DNA of 64,000 nucleotides from Octopus vulgaris (GCA_951406725.2 OX597816.1:116498001-116562000), one strand, 5' to 3'; shown: positions 1 through 14,781, counted from the stretch's first letter. Notes: a model not told the origin generated them from the sequence alone. Made by a program: numbers and translations.

Positions 1-72
1 ACACATACACGCACGCACACACGCATACACAAATATATATAGTATTGAATGCCAAGGCAACAGGAATTATGT

Positions 73-137
73 AAACACTTTCATTAGCTTACAGCTGTTT
101 CTGCAATAAGAAGCAGTGCATTCAGAGCTGAGTGTTT
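73..137 (-). ncRNA. Degenerate minimal type I hammerhead-ribozyme motif (Penelope pLTR-like)
   Basis: Minus strand reads aaacact-c-agct CTGAA tgca..tgca GAAAC agct GTA agct..agtgttt. Helix I, helix II and palindromic helix III (ACAGCTGT) are present; the CUGANGA core lacks 2 nt. Confidence 0.5.
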
Positions 138-442
138 GCGCTATAAAATGTCAAACATACAAAAAACCATTATTCTCAGGGTTTGTACATATTAAAATAA
201 TGCTAATTTATTGTCTTTCCAATATTTCTCCTAACAAGAAAATTATAAAGGATCCTGAAAATTGAAAAAGCGTATGTATATATATATATATATATATTCT
301 GTGTATACTATTGTGTGTTTGCACAAGTGTATGTGTAGTTAACTGCATATTTGTGTATGCATATCCACACCAGACTTCAACTCTTTGTTCGTTTCTGATT
401 ATGAATGTATGTTTGTATGTGTGTATGTATGTGGGTATATGA

Positions 443-444
<2 letters not shown>

Positions 445-482
<38 letters not shown>

Positions 483-500
483 GTAGTAGTAGTAGTAGTT

Positions 501-561
<61 letters not shown>
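445..561. repeat. (TAG)n microsatellite
   Basis: Direct reading; it explains the poly-Leu ORF at 208..609. Confidence 0.95.
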
Positions 562-734
562 ATGAAGAGGAGGAGGATTTGTAGAATACTTGGTAACAAA
601 GGCAAACATCTGGTCTGACTTAGAGGCATGTTGAAGTCATTTGGTTGGATGTAGACTTACTCTAACCCAACCCCACCAAAAGATACTAGATAATCTATGT
701 CTGGAATTAACTATTGAAAAGCCGAAAACTCCTG

Positions 735-767
<33 letters not shown>

Positions 768-798
768 GAGTGAGAGAGCAGTTCATGCCAAAATAATA

Positions 799-840
<42 letters not shown>

Positions 841-841
<1 letters not shown>

Positions 842-1052
842 GATGGCATTTGGTCTATCTTTAAATTCTGAGTTCAAATTCCGCCGAAATTGAATTTCTT
901 TTCATGCTTCCGGGGTCGTTGAAATAGGTACCAGAAAGGAACTGGGATCGATATAATTCACTAGGCCTTCCCCCAAAATATCAGGCCTTGAGCCTTTAGT
1001 AGAAAGGATTATTATTATTATTTCATCATCATCATCATCATCATCATCATCG

Positions 1053-1084
<32 letters not shown>

Positions 1085-1106
1085 GTCATCATCATCATCA
1101 TCATCA

Positions 1107-1143
<37 letters not shown>

Positions 1144-1335
1144 CATCATCATCATCATCATTGGTGAGCTGGCAGAATCGTTATAGGTTCTGAAGAAATA
1201 TTTTACATTATTTCTTTTGGTTCAAATTACACCAAAGTCAACTTTACCTTTCATTCTTTCTGGGTCGATGTAATAGACTGGGCCTCTCCCTTATAAAATT
1301 TACTGGCCTTTTGCTAAAACTAGAACGCGTTAACG
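841..1335 (+). mobile_element. Two degenerate tRNA-derived SINE copies (main family) separated by (ATT)/(ATC) tracts
   Basis: B-box-like gagttcaaattcc, conserved core tttcat..ttc.ggggtcg and tail caggccttg..agtagaaaggatt. Confidence 0.75.
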
Positions 1336-1364
1336 ATCTTATTATCATTATTATTATTATTATT

Positions 1365-1420
<56 letters not shown>

Positions 1421-1430
1421 TATTATTATT

Positions 1431-1965
1431 GAGTGAGAGAGCAGTGCATGCCATCAAAGTGGCACTGGGGTAAATTACACGAAGCCAAGCATACCTGTCT
1501 GATAAGGGTACATCAGGCAGATGCATCAGAACCATATGTGCGCGACATGGTAATCTCACATCAAGATAAACAATGCATAACCTTGCAGGTGGGGCTCAGT
1601 TAGAATTTTATTCAGGTCAAGTAGCCCATCCCGCTCAAAAGGTCCCTGAATAAGGGTTGTTTAAGGATGTTGAACGAAACACGCATATTTCCAAAGATAA
1701 ATTATCCAAACCCCAAAGAATTCCTCTCAACTCATAGGTATGATGCTTCCCCACTAGTTCTCCTCGTGATCAGAAATGCACATATCATCAGCCACTAAGG
1801 GACATGCTCAAATGGTTAAGGTCAAACGACTGACAAGCAAATCTGTGGTATTGAGCAGAATATTTGCTGTGATCCATCTTTTTCACCAAGACAAAACGAT
1901 GTACATGGTAACACTTACAATCAGTTAAGATCAGAAGCTATGCGCCCACTGCATGGTACTGCATC
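1431..1965 (-). mobile_element. ~540-bp non-coding retroposon with (TAA)n tail, copy 1
   Basis: Homologous end to end to 29665-30215 and to 6226-6561; the 3' end ..ctgctctctcactc abuts (AAT)n; no ORF. Confidence 0.8.
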
Positions 1966-1968
1966 TAT

Positions 1969-2034
<66 letters not shown>

Positions 2035-2604
2035 AGAAGACTGTATATTTGATTGTTGGTTTAGCAACCAGTTTAGTAGGTTTTGCATAATTTGTATACA
2101 AAGTAATATTAATTATATACGAAAGAAAGGTGGTGAAAAATGAATGAGAATCGTCTTTAGTGATACAGTGACAAGTCCTGACATATTTCAATCTTATTAG
2201 ACCTTATCAGAAAAGCATAACCGAAAGGTGATTGACGAGAGAGATGCATATTTTAAAACTTTAAATGAACGCTGAATAGCGTGATAACTTTAAATAAGTT
2301 TCTGGTTTGGTTCTCTTCTGTTTAATTCTGGAGAGTATCTACGGTCAAAAATGGCTCCATATTTTAAGGTTGATTATACTCATATTCAAGAAATGTTTCG
2401 AAGACTTGTAAATGTTTTTCTTTGAAGATAAGAAAAATCTGTTGTTTATATAAGTCTTACCAATAAGCTTCATAACTCTTATCAATAAATTTCGTAAAAT
2501 ATCAGGTGCATTCAGATTTTATTCAACCAACGATGAAAGCATGAGAAATTTAATCCTACTGCATCGAATTTTAACAAAAAAAATTCTTCTCAGTTCATTG
2601 GAAA

Positions 2605-2605
<1 letters not shown>

Positions 2606-2680
<75 letters not shown>

Positions 2681-2687
2681 TATAATA

Positions 2688-2743
<56 letters not shown>

Positions 2744-2805
2744 CATTATTATTGTTATTGTTATCATTATTATTGTTATTATTATTATTACTATTACTAT
2801 TATTA
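2606..2805. repeat. (AAT)n immediately followed by (ATT)n, an inverted microsatellite
   Basis: Direct reading; the strand switch is near 2680-2690. Confidence 0.95.
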
Positions 2806-5419
2806 TACAGTGTAGGCCTTTATTATTAATAAAGCTAAAATAGCTTGAGTATGTATATGTACGTTTCTTTAGTCATGTGATTAGATGTGTGTGTGTGTGT
2901 GTATGTCTTAAATCTACTCAATGGCAAAGTTTTCGCTTGTTCTCGGTTTGTTTTTGCTTTTTGTCGTTTTTTTGTTTGTTTTTGTTTCTTTTAATCTTGC
3001 TTTCTGAGCAATCATCAGTGTTGTACATTTGTATTCATGCTATACATAACTTAGAGAGAGAGAGAGAGGGGTGAGAAGAAGGGAGGGGTAAGGATTCACA
3101 TCCTCATTCTTCAAATTAATAACAATCCTATAGTGTACTTAAAATGACGGTAAGACTACAATTTTCCTCACAAATAGATACAGAATATAAGATTGAAACA
3201 AAAAAGAAACCGCAAAACAAAATCAATCGTTCTAGCATTGCAAAAAATCCCCCCCCCTCTCTCTACCTCTCTCTCTATCTATCTATCTATCACTCTTTCT
3301 GCAACTCATTTTCCCCTCTCTTCTCGCCTCCCCTTCTGTCTTTTTCTATCCTCATCTTTTATTTCACTCTATATCTCCCTTATGGTTCTGATGCCTCTTT
3401 CTTTTCTTTTCTTCTTCTGTACCTTGTTCTTATTGTTTTTCATTTCTCTCATCAGCAACTTCCTGTCTGCTACCAATAGAACAACAAGACTTATGACAGA
3501 AACAAGCAGCACAGTCAATGCTAAGATAGATAGTAGACAGTTTTTAGAAATAATTTCAAGCTTGTTCATTTAGCAAAGATATTAGAGTTGGCAAAATAAG
3601 ACATAAGGGAATTAATATATTTACTAAATATATTGGTGTACCAAGAATTTTATCTTTTTTATTGTTTTTTAATTCTTCTATATTCTTTTACATCTCTGAG
3701 AATTGTTGTAGGGTGTAATCAGTAATACGGTGTTCCACCATAAATAACTTTCAACTTGAGATCAGATAAAGGCCTGCGTGGTTGCTCACTGAACCATTGG
3801 CAGCAGTTTAGAACAGCTACTTTGTAAGATCACACCATTCCATGGAATAATCTTTGATGGGACATAATCAGCAATATTTAATAATGTAATACTTATTTCA
3901 AAGGACGGAATATAAAATGTATATTATAATTCATAGATAAAAGGCGATCGGATTGATTGATAAAATCAATAGAGCGACGAGAAAATACCTTGCGAAATTT
4001 AGTTGCATCCATTTGTATTCCGAGTTGCTGAAGTTGACTTTGCTTTTTATCCTTCGAATATCAATACAATTACTCTCATTCAAGTTTTGAAGCCGATTTG
4101 ATTGTGTCTTTCCCCTCAAAATTTGAGACCTTGTGCCTATATCAGAAATCAGTATTTCTCATATAAGTATACAGTTTATAATCAGTAGGAAAAAGGCTTT
4201 TTTTAAACTTCACCTAAAAATATATAAAACTCGGATCTTTTAGAACTGTGAAATCTATGGTGGTGTAAAAAAGTGACGTGAAAAATTATTTTACCAGACG
4301 TTTAATTGTAGTTGATACAGAATAAAAAGTTTTACATATTTACGCCTGAGTTGACATAGCCTATCACCTCTAGAAACTCGAAGGACAATGCAATTAATTA
4401 TTGAAGTGTTTATGTTTGGGCCTGTTGAATAATCCCCACTACGTCCGTATGTTAGTATGAAGTGACAATGTTTAGCATCGTAAGTTAAGGATGACGCGGT
4501 TGACTGAATGTTTTCTCTAACTATTAGTAGAGAATGAACACATGATTAAGTTTACAATTTTTTGTACGTTTCGCGATACGTTCGTACGTTAGTGTCACGT
4601 GACAGTATATTTTGCGCCCAAAAAGAAGGCCGACGCGGTTGAATGAATATGTTTAGTTATAATCAAGGCACTCCAAATTTAATCTGTCTGGCGGAAGAGT
4701 CGACAAGAGTCGTTTGTATGTAGTCCAGTGGCTAAAATTTAGGTTGTTAGCTGTGTAGCTTCCTCATGATAAGTGGCAGAAAGAATTTTGTGTGTGAATA
4801 GTTGAGTATGAACTCTGTTAAAGTTTGTTTTGCAAAAAGTAAGTACCCCAAATTCCAGGTGCTCCCATTCTACCTATGTTTAGCAAATACCACAGATGAA
4901 GCACGGATAAACAAAGAAAATGCTTCCATACAAAAGTACAAACCAAGATATCACAAACTTTAACAGAGTACTTACACAACTATTCACATGCAAAATTCAT
5001 TATGTGAGGGTGTGTTTGTGTACCATTGACATCCACACAGTTCCCGTCAACCAAATTCGCTCACAACTCATTAGTCGGCCCGGGGCTATAGTAAGAAACA
5101 CTTGTTCAAGTTACCACGCAATGAGACTGAACTCAAAACCATGTAGTTGCAAAGAGAACGACTTAGCCACACAGACATTTCTGCACCTGTTCACTATGTC
5201 TAAATATCTGTAGGAACGGTAATGTAGGAATGTTTATGATCATGTCTGCTCCACCAAAGTTCACCTTGGACTATAGAAAAACGGCAAGAATAATACTGAA
5301 AAACTTTCCTGTATTGACATACTCGATGGGGAATTTACGGAAAAGTATCATCTATAGATTGTTGCTAGTCACAGAAGTAGGTAACTACGAAACAAATACT
5401 TGAAAAAAGAAAAAAAACA

Positions 5420-6187
5420 AATAATACAGAAGCAGAAAGAAGGTTTCATAATGGCGGCACAAAGTCAAAGCTTGCTTAACAAAAACAACCAGACTAACGT
5501 TCTTCAAAACGGTTTTGGCCCTAATTGCAGATTCTACGACACATTAGACGAAACAATAGACCATCTCGTCTCGGGATGTCCTGTGCTGACACCAAACGAA
5601 TACAAAAATCATCACATTAGAGTAGGACAGTATTTACATTGGAAAATATGTAAACACTACAAAATCAACACTCCTGCTTACTGGTGTGAACATCACTCCG
5701 AGCCAGTCGTTGGAGGTAAAAATGTCACTATCCTCTGGGGTTTTCCAGTCAACACTGACAGAACGATCCAGGCTAATCGATCGAGTATAATTAGTAAAGA
5801 GAAGGAAGATAACACTTGTAGACTAATAAATGTAAGTGTTCTCAATAATAAAATATATCTGCAAAGAAATTTGACAAATCAAGTAAAAAAATAGGGACCT
5901 GGATGTGGCATCCTAAAGCGAGAACTATTCCTAGATAAGATCCCAGGAGAACCATGTCTCAGAGTAATCCAAAAGATTGTACTGACATGTACTGCCCACA
6001 TCCCTAGAAAACCCCTATTCATTTAAATGTTTATGTGGTATTACATGAAGATATTTCGCTACTAATCCTGTCACTTCCCCTCCCCAAGACCTCAGTCAAT
6101 CTGTAACATCTCTTATCCTTCACTTGTCCCAGTACGCTGGGTGTGTCTCAGCTAATGGTTATAACAAACATGCAAATTAATAGTAAC

Positions 6188-6188
<1 letters not shown>
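5420..6188 (+). mobile_element. R4/Dong-type non-LTR retrotransposon 3' fragment (family 4), degraded, with (TAA)n tail
   Basis: ORF 5400..5894 contains EGFIMAAQ.QSL, CRF..ETIDHLVSGC (CCHC-like), HIRVG..LHWKIC and TDRTIQANR. Downstream IQKIVL.CTAHI follows, then a 3'UTR and (TAA)n. Confidence 0.85.
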
Positions 6189-6225
<37 letters not shown>

Positions 6226-6561
6226 TGGGGGAGCATCATAGCCATGTGTTGAGAGGGATTCTTTGGGGTTTGAATAATTCACCTCTGGAAACATGGGTGG
6301 TTCTTTCAACATCCTTAAACAACCCTTATTCAGGGACCTTTTGAGCGGGATGGGCTACTCAACCTGAAGAAAATTCTAACTGGGCCCCACCTGCAAGGTC
6401 ATGTGCTGTTTATCTTGATATGAGATCACCATGTCGCGCACATATGGTTGTGATGCATGTGCCTGGTGTACCTTTATCAGACGGGTAGTCATGATGGGTA
6501 TATTGGGCTTCGTATATTTTACCCCAGTGTCACTTTGATGGCATGAACTGCTCTCTCACTC
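6226..6561 (+). mobile_element. Non-coding (TAA)n-tailed retroposon, 5'-truncated copy 2
   Basis: Reverse complement of the tail-proximal part of 1431-1965 and 29665-30215; flanked by (TAA)n on both sides. Confidence 0.8.
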
Positions 6562-6593
<32 letters not shown>

Positions 6594-6608
6594 CAGCAAC
6601 AACAACAA

Positions 6609-6635
6609 CTAGCTGGACCCGTGAAAAATTCACGG
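6609..6635 (-). mobile_element. Helitron-like 3' terminus
   Basis: Minus strand: hairpin ccgtgaa-ttt-ttcacgg, then gtccag-CTAG followed by T. Confidence 0.5.
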
Positions 6636-6999
6636 AAAACAAAAAATGTAAGCATCTATAAACGGTGTACAGGTGCCATGAGAAATGTTTGCATATCATT
6701 ACCGTCTGTCTTTACAATCTGAGTTCAAATTCTTCCGAGGTCGACTTTACCTTTCATCCTTTCGGGGTGGATAAATTAAGTACCAGTTGTGTACTGCGGT
6801 CGATCTAATCAACTGCATCCGCCCCACAAAAATTTCAGGCCTAGAAAATTATATTGTGACATTTACAGAATATAGAAAATAACGTAACACCAATGACTAT
6901 ATAATTCAACCAAAATATCTGTTACACAAACGTAAACAGAATTACTATTTAACCATAAAATACATCGTACGTATTCAAAGAACCTCCTTGGTTTAGTGG

Positions 7000-7260
7000 T
7001 ATTCTTTTATTCATTTACTTGTTTCAGTCATTTGACGTTGGCCATGCTGGACCACTGCCCTTTAGTCAAAGAAATTGACCCCGGGACTTATTCCCTGTAA
7101 GCCTGGTGCTTATTCTATCAGTATCTTCTGCTGAACAGCTAAATTACAGGGACGCAAACGCACCAACATCGGTTGTCAAGCAATGGTGGTGCTGGGACAA
7201 CCACAGACACAAACACACACACACACATACACATACATACATATATATGAGGGCTTGGAG
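7000..7260 (-). mobile_element. Second SINE family, 3' half
   Basis: Reverse complement of 56190-56360 (cttgacaaccgatg..cagcatggcc..tgactgaaacaagtaaa). Confidence 0.75.
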
Positions 7261-7311
7261 GTAGTGGTGATGCAGACTGTTGTGATTATGACAACTTACG
7301 GTTTGTCCTAT

Positions 7312-7376
<65 letters not shown>

Positions 7377-7608
7377 ACGTACGTGTATATATGTATGTCT
7401 ATATACATGTATGGATACGTACGTGTGTATACATCTTCACATATATACATTCTTCTACTACTCACTACTAACCTGTCCTTTTAAGCAACTTATATTCCTA
7501 ATTCTTCACTCCTCCTCAATTTTACTACCTTTACCCCACCTCTCTCTGCTCATCCCTTAAGCTCTATCAAAAAATACTTCAGTCCTTTGCTCTTTACACT
7601 CTCATCTC

Positions 7609-7656
<48 letters not shown>

Positions 7657-8055
7657 TCTCTCTCTCACCTTGACCTCTACCTTCCCTCTATCATTTCATC
7701 TTGACGAATAGCTAGCACACCTTTTTCTTCATTTCTTTATTGAGTCTCTCCCTCTATTTTTCTTTCCTCTTGTTTTTGATTTGATCTTACGAACACATTC
7801 CCAACTTTTAAGTCACTTTAAAAAAAAACTCTCACTCGAGTAACACCGTTTACAAAACCCTATGCTTGGAATGACCAATTATAACACCATTGGAACTCAC
7901 ACACAAGGTACAGGAAACATATATACACCATTTTCCTTAAATAATGGAACTGCAGATACAATATCATTACGTATTTCACGTCTGTTTTCATTCCTCCACT
8001 TCACTCTGTATTTCATATCTTCTCTATAATAACTATTACTTACACATTTTCTCGC

Positions 8056-8109
8056 ACCGTCTCTGGTGAAGGAATATATAAAATATCTCGGAAACTGCTG
8101 TAAGACTGT
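8056..8109 (+). ncRNA. Degenerate minimal type I hammerhead motif
   Basis: accgtct CTGGTGA a-ggaatat..atatctc-g GAAAC tgct GTA agactgt. Helix I is gtct/agac; helix III resembles ACAGCTGT with one change; the core has A6G. Confidence 0.5.
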
Positions 8110-8167
8110 CTCTATATAAATGTTATGAAAACGTTCACAGCCTTGAATTATTTTTATCTCATTCTGT

Positions 8168-8262
<95 letters not shown>

Positions 8263-8277
8263 TAGATAAATAGATAG

Positions 8278-8314
<37 letters not shown>

Positions 8315-8341
8315 CAGAGACAGACAGACAGACAGACAGAC

Positions 8342-8406
<65 letters not shown>

Positions 8407-8424
8407 AATCATATAATCTTTAAT

Positions 8425-8515
<91 letters not shown>

Positions 8516-8799
8516 ATATATATGCATATATGTTTGTGTATAAGAATTTATATGTAGGAATGTACACGCATGTGTATGGTTGCATGGATATATATATACT
8601 CATAGGTATATGTGTATTGGTATATATATAATTTAGTATACGTGTATCTATTTCTATATCAGTGTGTATGTTTAGATATTTATATTCAAATCTATATACG
8701 TCTGTGTAAACTAATTATATCATGTTATTTGCGAATATCCAATGTATATTAATTGACGACTCCCCTGCATTACTAAAGGGGAGTAAGGGAAAGGAGGGG

Positions 8800-9135
8800 A
8801 GGGAGGACTTCCTGAAAAGTCCGAAGAAAGTGGATAAGGATTTCCTGGAAAACTCCAAGGAGGGAGAGGAAGGGGAGGAAAGCAACGGGAGGGGAGGAAG
8901 GATTACCTGGAAAGGTTCGAGGAGGGGGTAATTCCTGGAAAATTCCAAGGAGAGGTGGAATAGGAGGAAGGCGAGGAAGACGACGAAGGAGCGGAGGATG
9001 AGGAAGAGAAGGAGGAGAAAGGAGAGGAAAGGGATGAGGGAAGGAAGGACTTCCTGGAAAAGTCCGAGGAGGGGTGCGTACTTTCTGGAAAATACCAAGG
9101 AGGGGTGAGTGGACTTCCTGGAAATGTCCGAGGTG
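8800..9135. repeat. Purine-rich minisatellite with seven ggacttcctggaaaagtcc-like units
   Basis: Units near 8805, 8838, 8899, 8928, 9047, 9078 and 9111; four contain exact TTCCTGGAA. Confidence 0.8.
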
Positions 9136-9141
9136 GGGTAA

Positions 9142-9708
9142 GTGTTCAACTGGTATTTATTTTATCGACTTTGAAATGATGAAAAGCAAAATCAACCTCG
9201 GCGGAATTTGAACTCAGAGCCTAGCAGCAGACGAAATACCTATTTCTTTACTACCCACAAGGGGCTAAACACAGAGAGGACAAACAAGGACAGACAAAGG
9301 GATTAAGTCGATTATATCGACCCCAGTTCGTAACTGGTACTCATTTAATCGACCTCGAAAGGCTGAAAGGCAAAGTCGACCTCGGCGGAATTTGAATTCA
9401 GAACGTAGCAGCAGACGATGTACCGTTAAACATTTCGTCAGGCATGCTAACGATTCAGCCAGCTCGCTGCCTAAATGACAAAAATAGCAATAATAATGGT
9501 TTCAAATTTTCCCACAAGAGCAGGCATTTTGGGGGAGGAGATGATTCGATTACATCGACCCCAGTGTTCAGCTGATACTTATTTCATCGACTCCGAAGGA
9601 TGAAAGGCAAAGTTGACCTCGGCAGTATTTGAACTCAGAATGTAGCAACGGGCGGAATACCGGTTAGCATTTCGCCCAGCGTGCTAATGACTCTGCCAGC
9701 TCACCGGT

Positions 9709-9790
<82 letters not shown>

Positions 9791-10695
9791 CAACAACAAC
9801 AACAACAATAATAATAAGAAGAAGAAGAATAATAAGAAGAAGAATTTATGAAGTATTTTCGAAGCAAAGGATTCTCAAATAATTTTCGATGATGCAGACA
9901 TTTTTAAAAAGCGGCCTAGAAATTGATATCAGGAATTACCAAAGCCATTCTGTTAGAAATAAAACAATTAGATCCGAATCTCCTTGAAAAGATTTTAACC
10001 AACATCCTTGACATCGTTTGGCCAAAGAGAAGTAACAAAACTAGATAGGAAAAAGAATAAAAACGTAGTTGCAAAGTTCGAAAGAATTTAAGGATTAAGT
10101 TTAGATTTGGTTTAATCTTAGTCTATTAATATTGATTGATTTCAAATTTTGGCACAAGGCCAGCAAATTCGGGGAAGGGAGTAATCGATTTCATCGACCC
10201 CAGTATTCAACTGGTATTTATTTTATTGACCCCCAAAAGAAGTCGGCCTCGGCGGAATTTGAAATCAGAACGTAAAGACGGACGAAATGCTACTAAGCAT
10301 TTTGCCCAGCATACTAACGATTCTTATTTCTTTATTGCCCACAAGGGGCTAAACATAGAGAGAAAACCAAGGACAGACAAAAGAATTAAGTCGATTACAT
10401 CGACTCCAGTGCGTAACTGGTACTTAATTCGCCGCATGCTAACGTTCCTGCCAGCTCGCCGCTTTATAGTCTCTTAATATTAATTTCAAATTTTAGCACA
10501 AGGTTAACAAGTTCAGGGAAGTGGGTAATCGATTTCATCGACACCAGTATTCAGCTTGTACTTATTTTATTGATCCCCCAAAAGGATGAAAAGCAAAGTC
10601 GGCCTCGTCGGAATTTGAACCCAGAACGTAAAGACGAACGAAATGCCGCTGAGCATTTTGTCCAGCATGCTAACGATTCTGCCAGCTCGCCACCT
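9142..10695 (-). mobile_element. Cluster of main-family SINE copies (9142-9472 dimeric, 9497-9710, 10137-10465, 10480-10695)
   Basis: Repeated gaatttgaactcagaacgta and aaaggcaaagtcgacctcggc, with head gccagctcgccgcctt (reverse complement). Confidence 0.85.
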
Positions 10696-11171
10696 TGTAG
10701 TCTGTTAATATCAATGTGTGTAATGTTTCAAACGTCTACGACGACGGTACAGCTAAAGAGACACAGAAATATAATACAGGCCTGAACAACTCGCATTTGC
10801 ACGAAGGGAAACCTATACGCTCTTCGCAAGCACATGATTCCAAATTCGATTTCACAGTATGACAGCTTGGGTACGAATGTTCATCCATAGTTTCGGGTCA
10901 ACCGAAGCCTTGTGAGTAATGTTTAGTGACAGAAACGTATGGAGGCCTGGCGAATAGACTATCAATGCTTCCATTGGTTGAAAGACGTAGACTGTCGTTT
11001 AACACTGCCTCAATGCATTTGTCGGAATCCAATCTGTTGCAAGAATATGGGACAGGATATTTTTTCTCCTTAACTCTAACCAATCACGGACGCCATATTA
11101 AAGGGTCATTGTGACTTTCAAACAACTCAACACAAACACGCACGCACGCACGCACACACACACATGCTCAC

Positions 11172-11242
<71 letters not shown>

Positions 11243-11364
11243 TATTTCGAATTGACTCATGCGAAGTAATTTCTTGGTTGGATATTGTGCAGAAGCTCAT
11301 CGTATATACATACATACAAATATACATATATACATACATGTATATATAAATATATGCATATATT

Positions 11365-11402
<38 letters not shown>

Positions 11403-11917
11403 CATGCGTGTGTGTGTGCGCGCGCATATGTGCTTGTGTGTACACACATGTATATGTGTATGTGTGTGTGTGTACGATGTAGTCAAATGTCCTGAAATAA
11501 TATACATATATATAATTATATATTTATGTATTCACATATTTTATTCTTGTTTCTTGTTTGTTGTTGTCGGTTTTTTTCCCCGTGAATCTATTCTCTTACA
11601 GTAGAGATAATGCTTCTTTCGATACCGTGTTTTGTTGCATATGGTTATTTTTTGTTTTGTGTTGTTTTGTTCGTTTGTTTCTTTGTTTTTTTTCCGTAAC
11701 GCGAATACAATATATACTCTGACTAAAATAACTTGTTTATTTATGAAATTCGATCTCCGCCAAGTCTGAAAACTTTACCGTTTTACAAATTGTACAACTT
11801 CGCATGTTCGTGATTGCTTTTATAGATGAAACGAAATTGGTCCAGGTTGTCAAAGACTTAATCATAAAGAAAATATTTAATATCTTCTTAGATGCATTGA
11901 AACCTCTAACAGAAATA

Positions 11918-11965
<48 letters not shown>

Positions 11966-11999
11966 ATGTGTATGTGTGTGTGTGTGTATATATATATAT

Positions 12000-12035
<36 letters not shown>

Positions 12036-12799
12036 CGGAATAAGAACGTAACGGACGACAATAGATACATACATACATACATACATACATACATACATAC
12101 ATACACATACATGCGCGTACACAAATCCACCAATGCGCGTGTTTTGATTTTATTAAAACTTATATATGTTACTTGTGTTACATATACAGAATGTATCATG
12201 TATATACTTTTATTTATATATATATATACTTTAATATATATACACACACGCACACGCATACATACATACATACATACATACATACATACATACATACATA
12301 CATACATACATACATACATACATACATACATACATACATACATACATACATACATACATACATACAGAAAACTATTCCAAGAGGACCGTGATATGATCTG
12401 AAAGGAATGTTAATCTGTATATCCATGGACCATTAAATATTCATTAAGAAATTCTAATGCTAGTATGGAAGCTGAGAATCACTTAGCTGCAATTTTTTTT
12501 TTCTTCCTTACAATGACCTACCACTTCACTTTACATTTAATACCTATGAGCCAATGAGGCAGCCTGTATATGACATCTAGGCCCGCTAGAAATAACAGCT
12601 AAAACTCTCTTAAATAAAAGCGTCGTTTTGAAAGATGCACATTCGATAATGTTCTTTGGCTCATAATATTACAGAGAAAAAAAACACGTGAGTGTCACGG
12701 CATGGTTATTTTTGATCATCTTCTGCTTATAAGCATAAGACAAGAGGGGTTATTCGATTCTGTTGGCCTCAGGATTTGGGTGGGGATACTTTATTACAT

Positions 12800-13222
12800 C
12801 AATCCCAGAGAGAAAAAGGGGAAGTTGACCTCGGTGGAATTTGAACTCAGAACGTAAAGAATTAGAAAAAATTCAAGGATATTAGTCCACCGATCAAGCG
12901 ATTCTGCTAAACCCGTTTTTTTTTTAATATTTAGACACAAATCCAACAATTTTAAAAGGATAAAGTTAATCGATACCATCATCTCCAGTATATAACAGGT
13001 TCTTTCCACGGCAATAATATTGCTTTGAAATATAGGCACAAGGCCAGCAATTTCAGAAGAATACACTGACCCCAGTGATCAACTGGTACTAATTTTATGG
13101 ACCCCGGAAGGATTAAAGGCATAGTCAGTCTCGGCCGAATTTGAACTCAGAATGTAAAGACGGACAAAATACCGCTGAGCATTTTGTCTGGCGTGCTAGC
13201 GATTCTGCCAGCTCGCTGCCCT
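12800..13222 (-). mobile_element. Main-family SINE copies
   Basis: Same core and head motifs as 9142-10695. Confidence 0.75.
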
Positions 13223-14692
13223 GTAAAAAGATAAAGGATAAAAATCATTCCTGAGTCATGCAGACTCTTAGAGTCGATTTCCTGGTTTCCGTGATGCATA
13301 TTTTTTAGACTTCGCGGAGCCCATACCTCTCCAGGTCTGATCCCAGCTGATTTCTTTCAGTTGGTGAAAAAAAGAAGAATCAGCACTAGTACAGGAATGC
13401 TGCTTTATTTATCGACTCCAAAGGGATGAACGGGAAAGCCGACCATGACGGATTTGGGCTCAAAATCCAGGAACGATTACCGCAAAGCAATCTCTCCGAC
13501 GTTCTAACAAGTCTGCGGATTGGCCACCCAAGTCACATATTTATAGCAAGGAGCACACCACTAAAGGCAGACAAAGGACTGGTATTGCCGTTAAACCCGA
13601 AAATGAATATAATTTATCAGCCAAGATCAGGTATAGCCAATCAGACTGGCTTTTGTACAGTTTTTGTTTGCTCAATATTGATCACTTATTTCGGGTCAAC
13701 TCGAATCTACGGTAAAAGACACGATAATCGCATAAAAAAAAAAAAAGAAAAACGGATGAAATCTCAACATGTTTATAAGTTTATCATAGATTAGCTCAAT
13801 GAGAGCTGCCTTGCAATTAAACAACGCTAAAAAACACAATATCAAAACCAAATATAACTACATTCTTTAAAAATAATACCTGAGTAATTAAACTACTCTT
13901 TTTTCTCTTTTTTTTTTTCTTTTGTAACTAAAGAGGAAAGGTATTACCAATGACCTTTCACTAGGTCCCCAACACCGATAGAGGGACAGAGAAGTAATCT
14001 TCTCAAATCCGGAGGAACTTGCTAAAAATTGAAATCTGTTAAAGGCACCCGAGTTGTCAAGTGGTGATGTTAAACCAGATGACTCATTAAGTTTAACACC
14101 CAAATAAGTCGTGGCGGGATTTGTACTCAGAACGCAACGAATCGGAACAAATACCACGAGGTACAAATACCGACTCTGACAAAGTGAAAAAAAAATGAAA
14201 AGAAATGGCTTTTCTGATAATTCTTCCACTTTAATAGTTAGATGTCTATAAATTATTGGGTGTTTATAAATCGTGACGTTGTTGTGGGTGTCTCGCTTAA
14301 AAGCTGTTTTCAAACTATTTTAGAGTTTGTTATCCACTGTGTAGGTAGATCTGTCGAACTACAGACACACACAAACACACACAAACACACACACACGCAA
14401 ACACACATATATGTATAGACATACATACAGATACACTAACACATATACATACATACATGGGTGTATATCAAAAAAGGAGAAAGGAGAATGAAATAGATCA
14501 AAAATAAAAAGTACGTAATTGTAGGCTGGTTACTTTCAGGTTGAAACGGTACCATATAGTCCCTGCTAAATAGAAACATACCGACTTGTCCACGTATAGT
14601 CACACATTTATACATATATTGAATATACACACATAGTAGATACACACACACACATAGACCCACATATGTACATCTATCTATTTCTCTATTTC

Positions 14693-14779
<87 letters not shown>

Positions 14780-14781
<2 letters not shown>

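Noticed and set aside
9142-10695. Recurrent repeats with spacers resembling a CRISPR array or tRNA genes
   Set aside because: The units are 150-350-bp diverged SINEs, irregularly spaced, with no cas genes and no complete cloverleaf.
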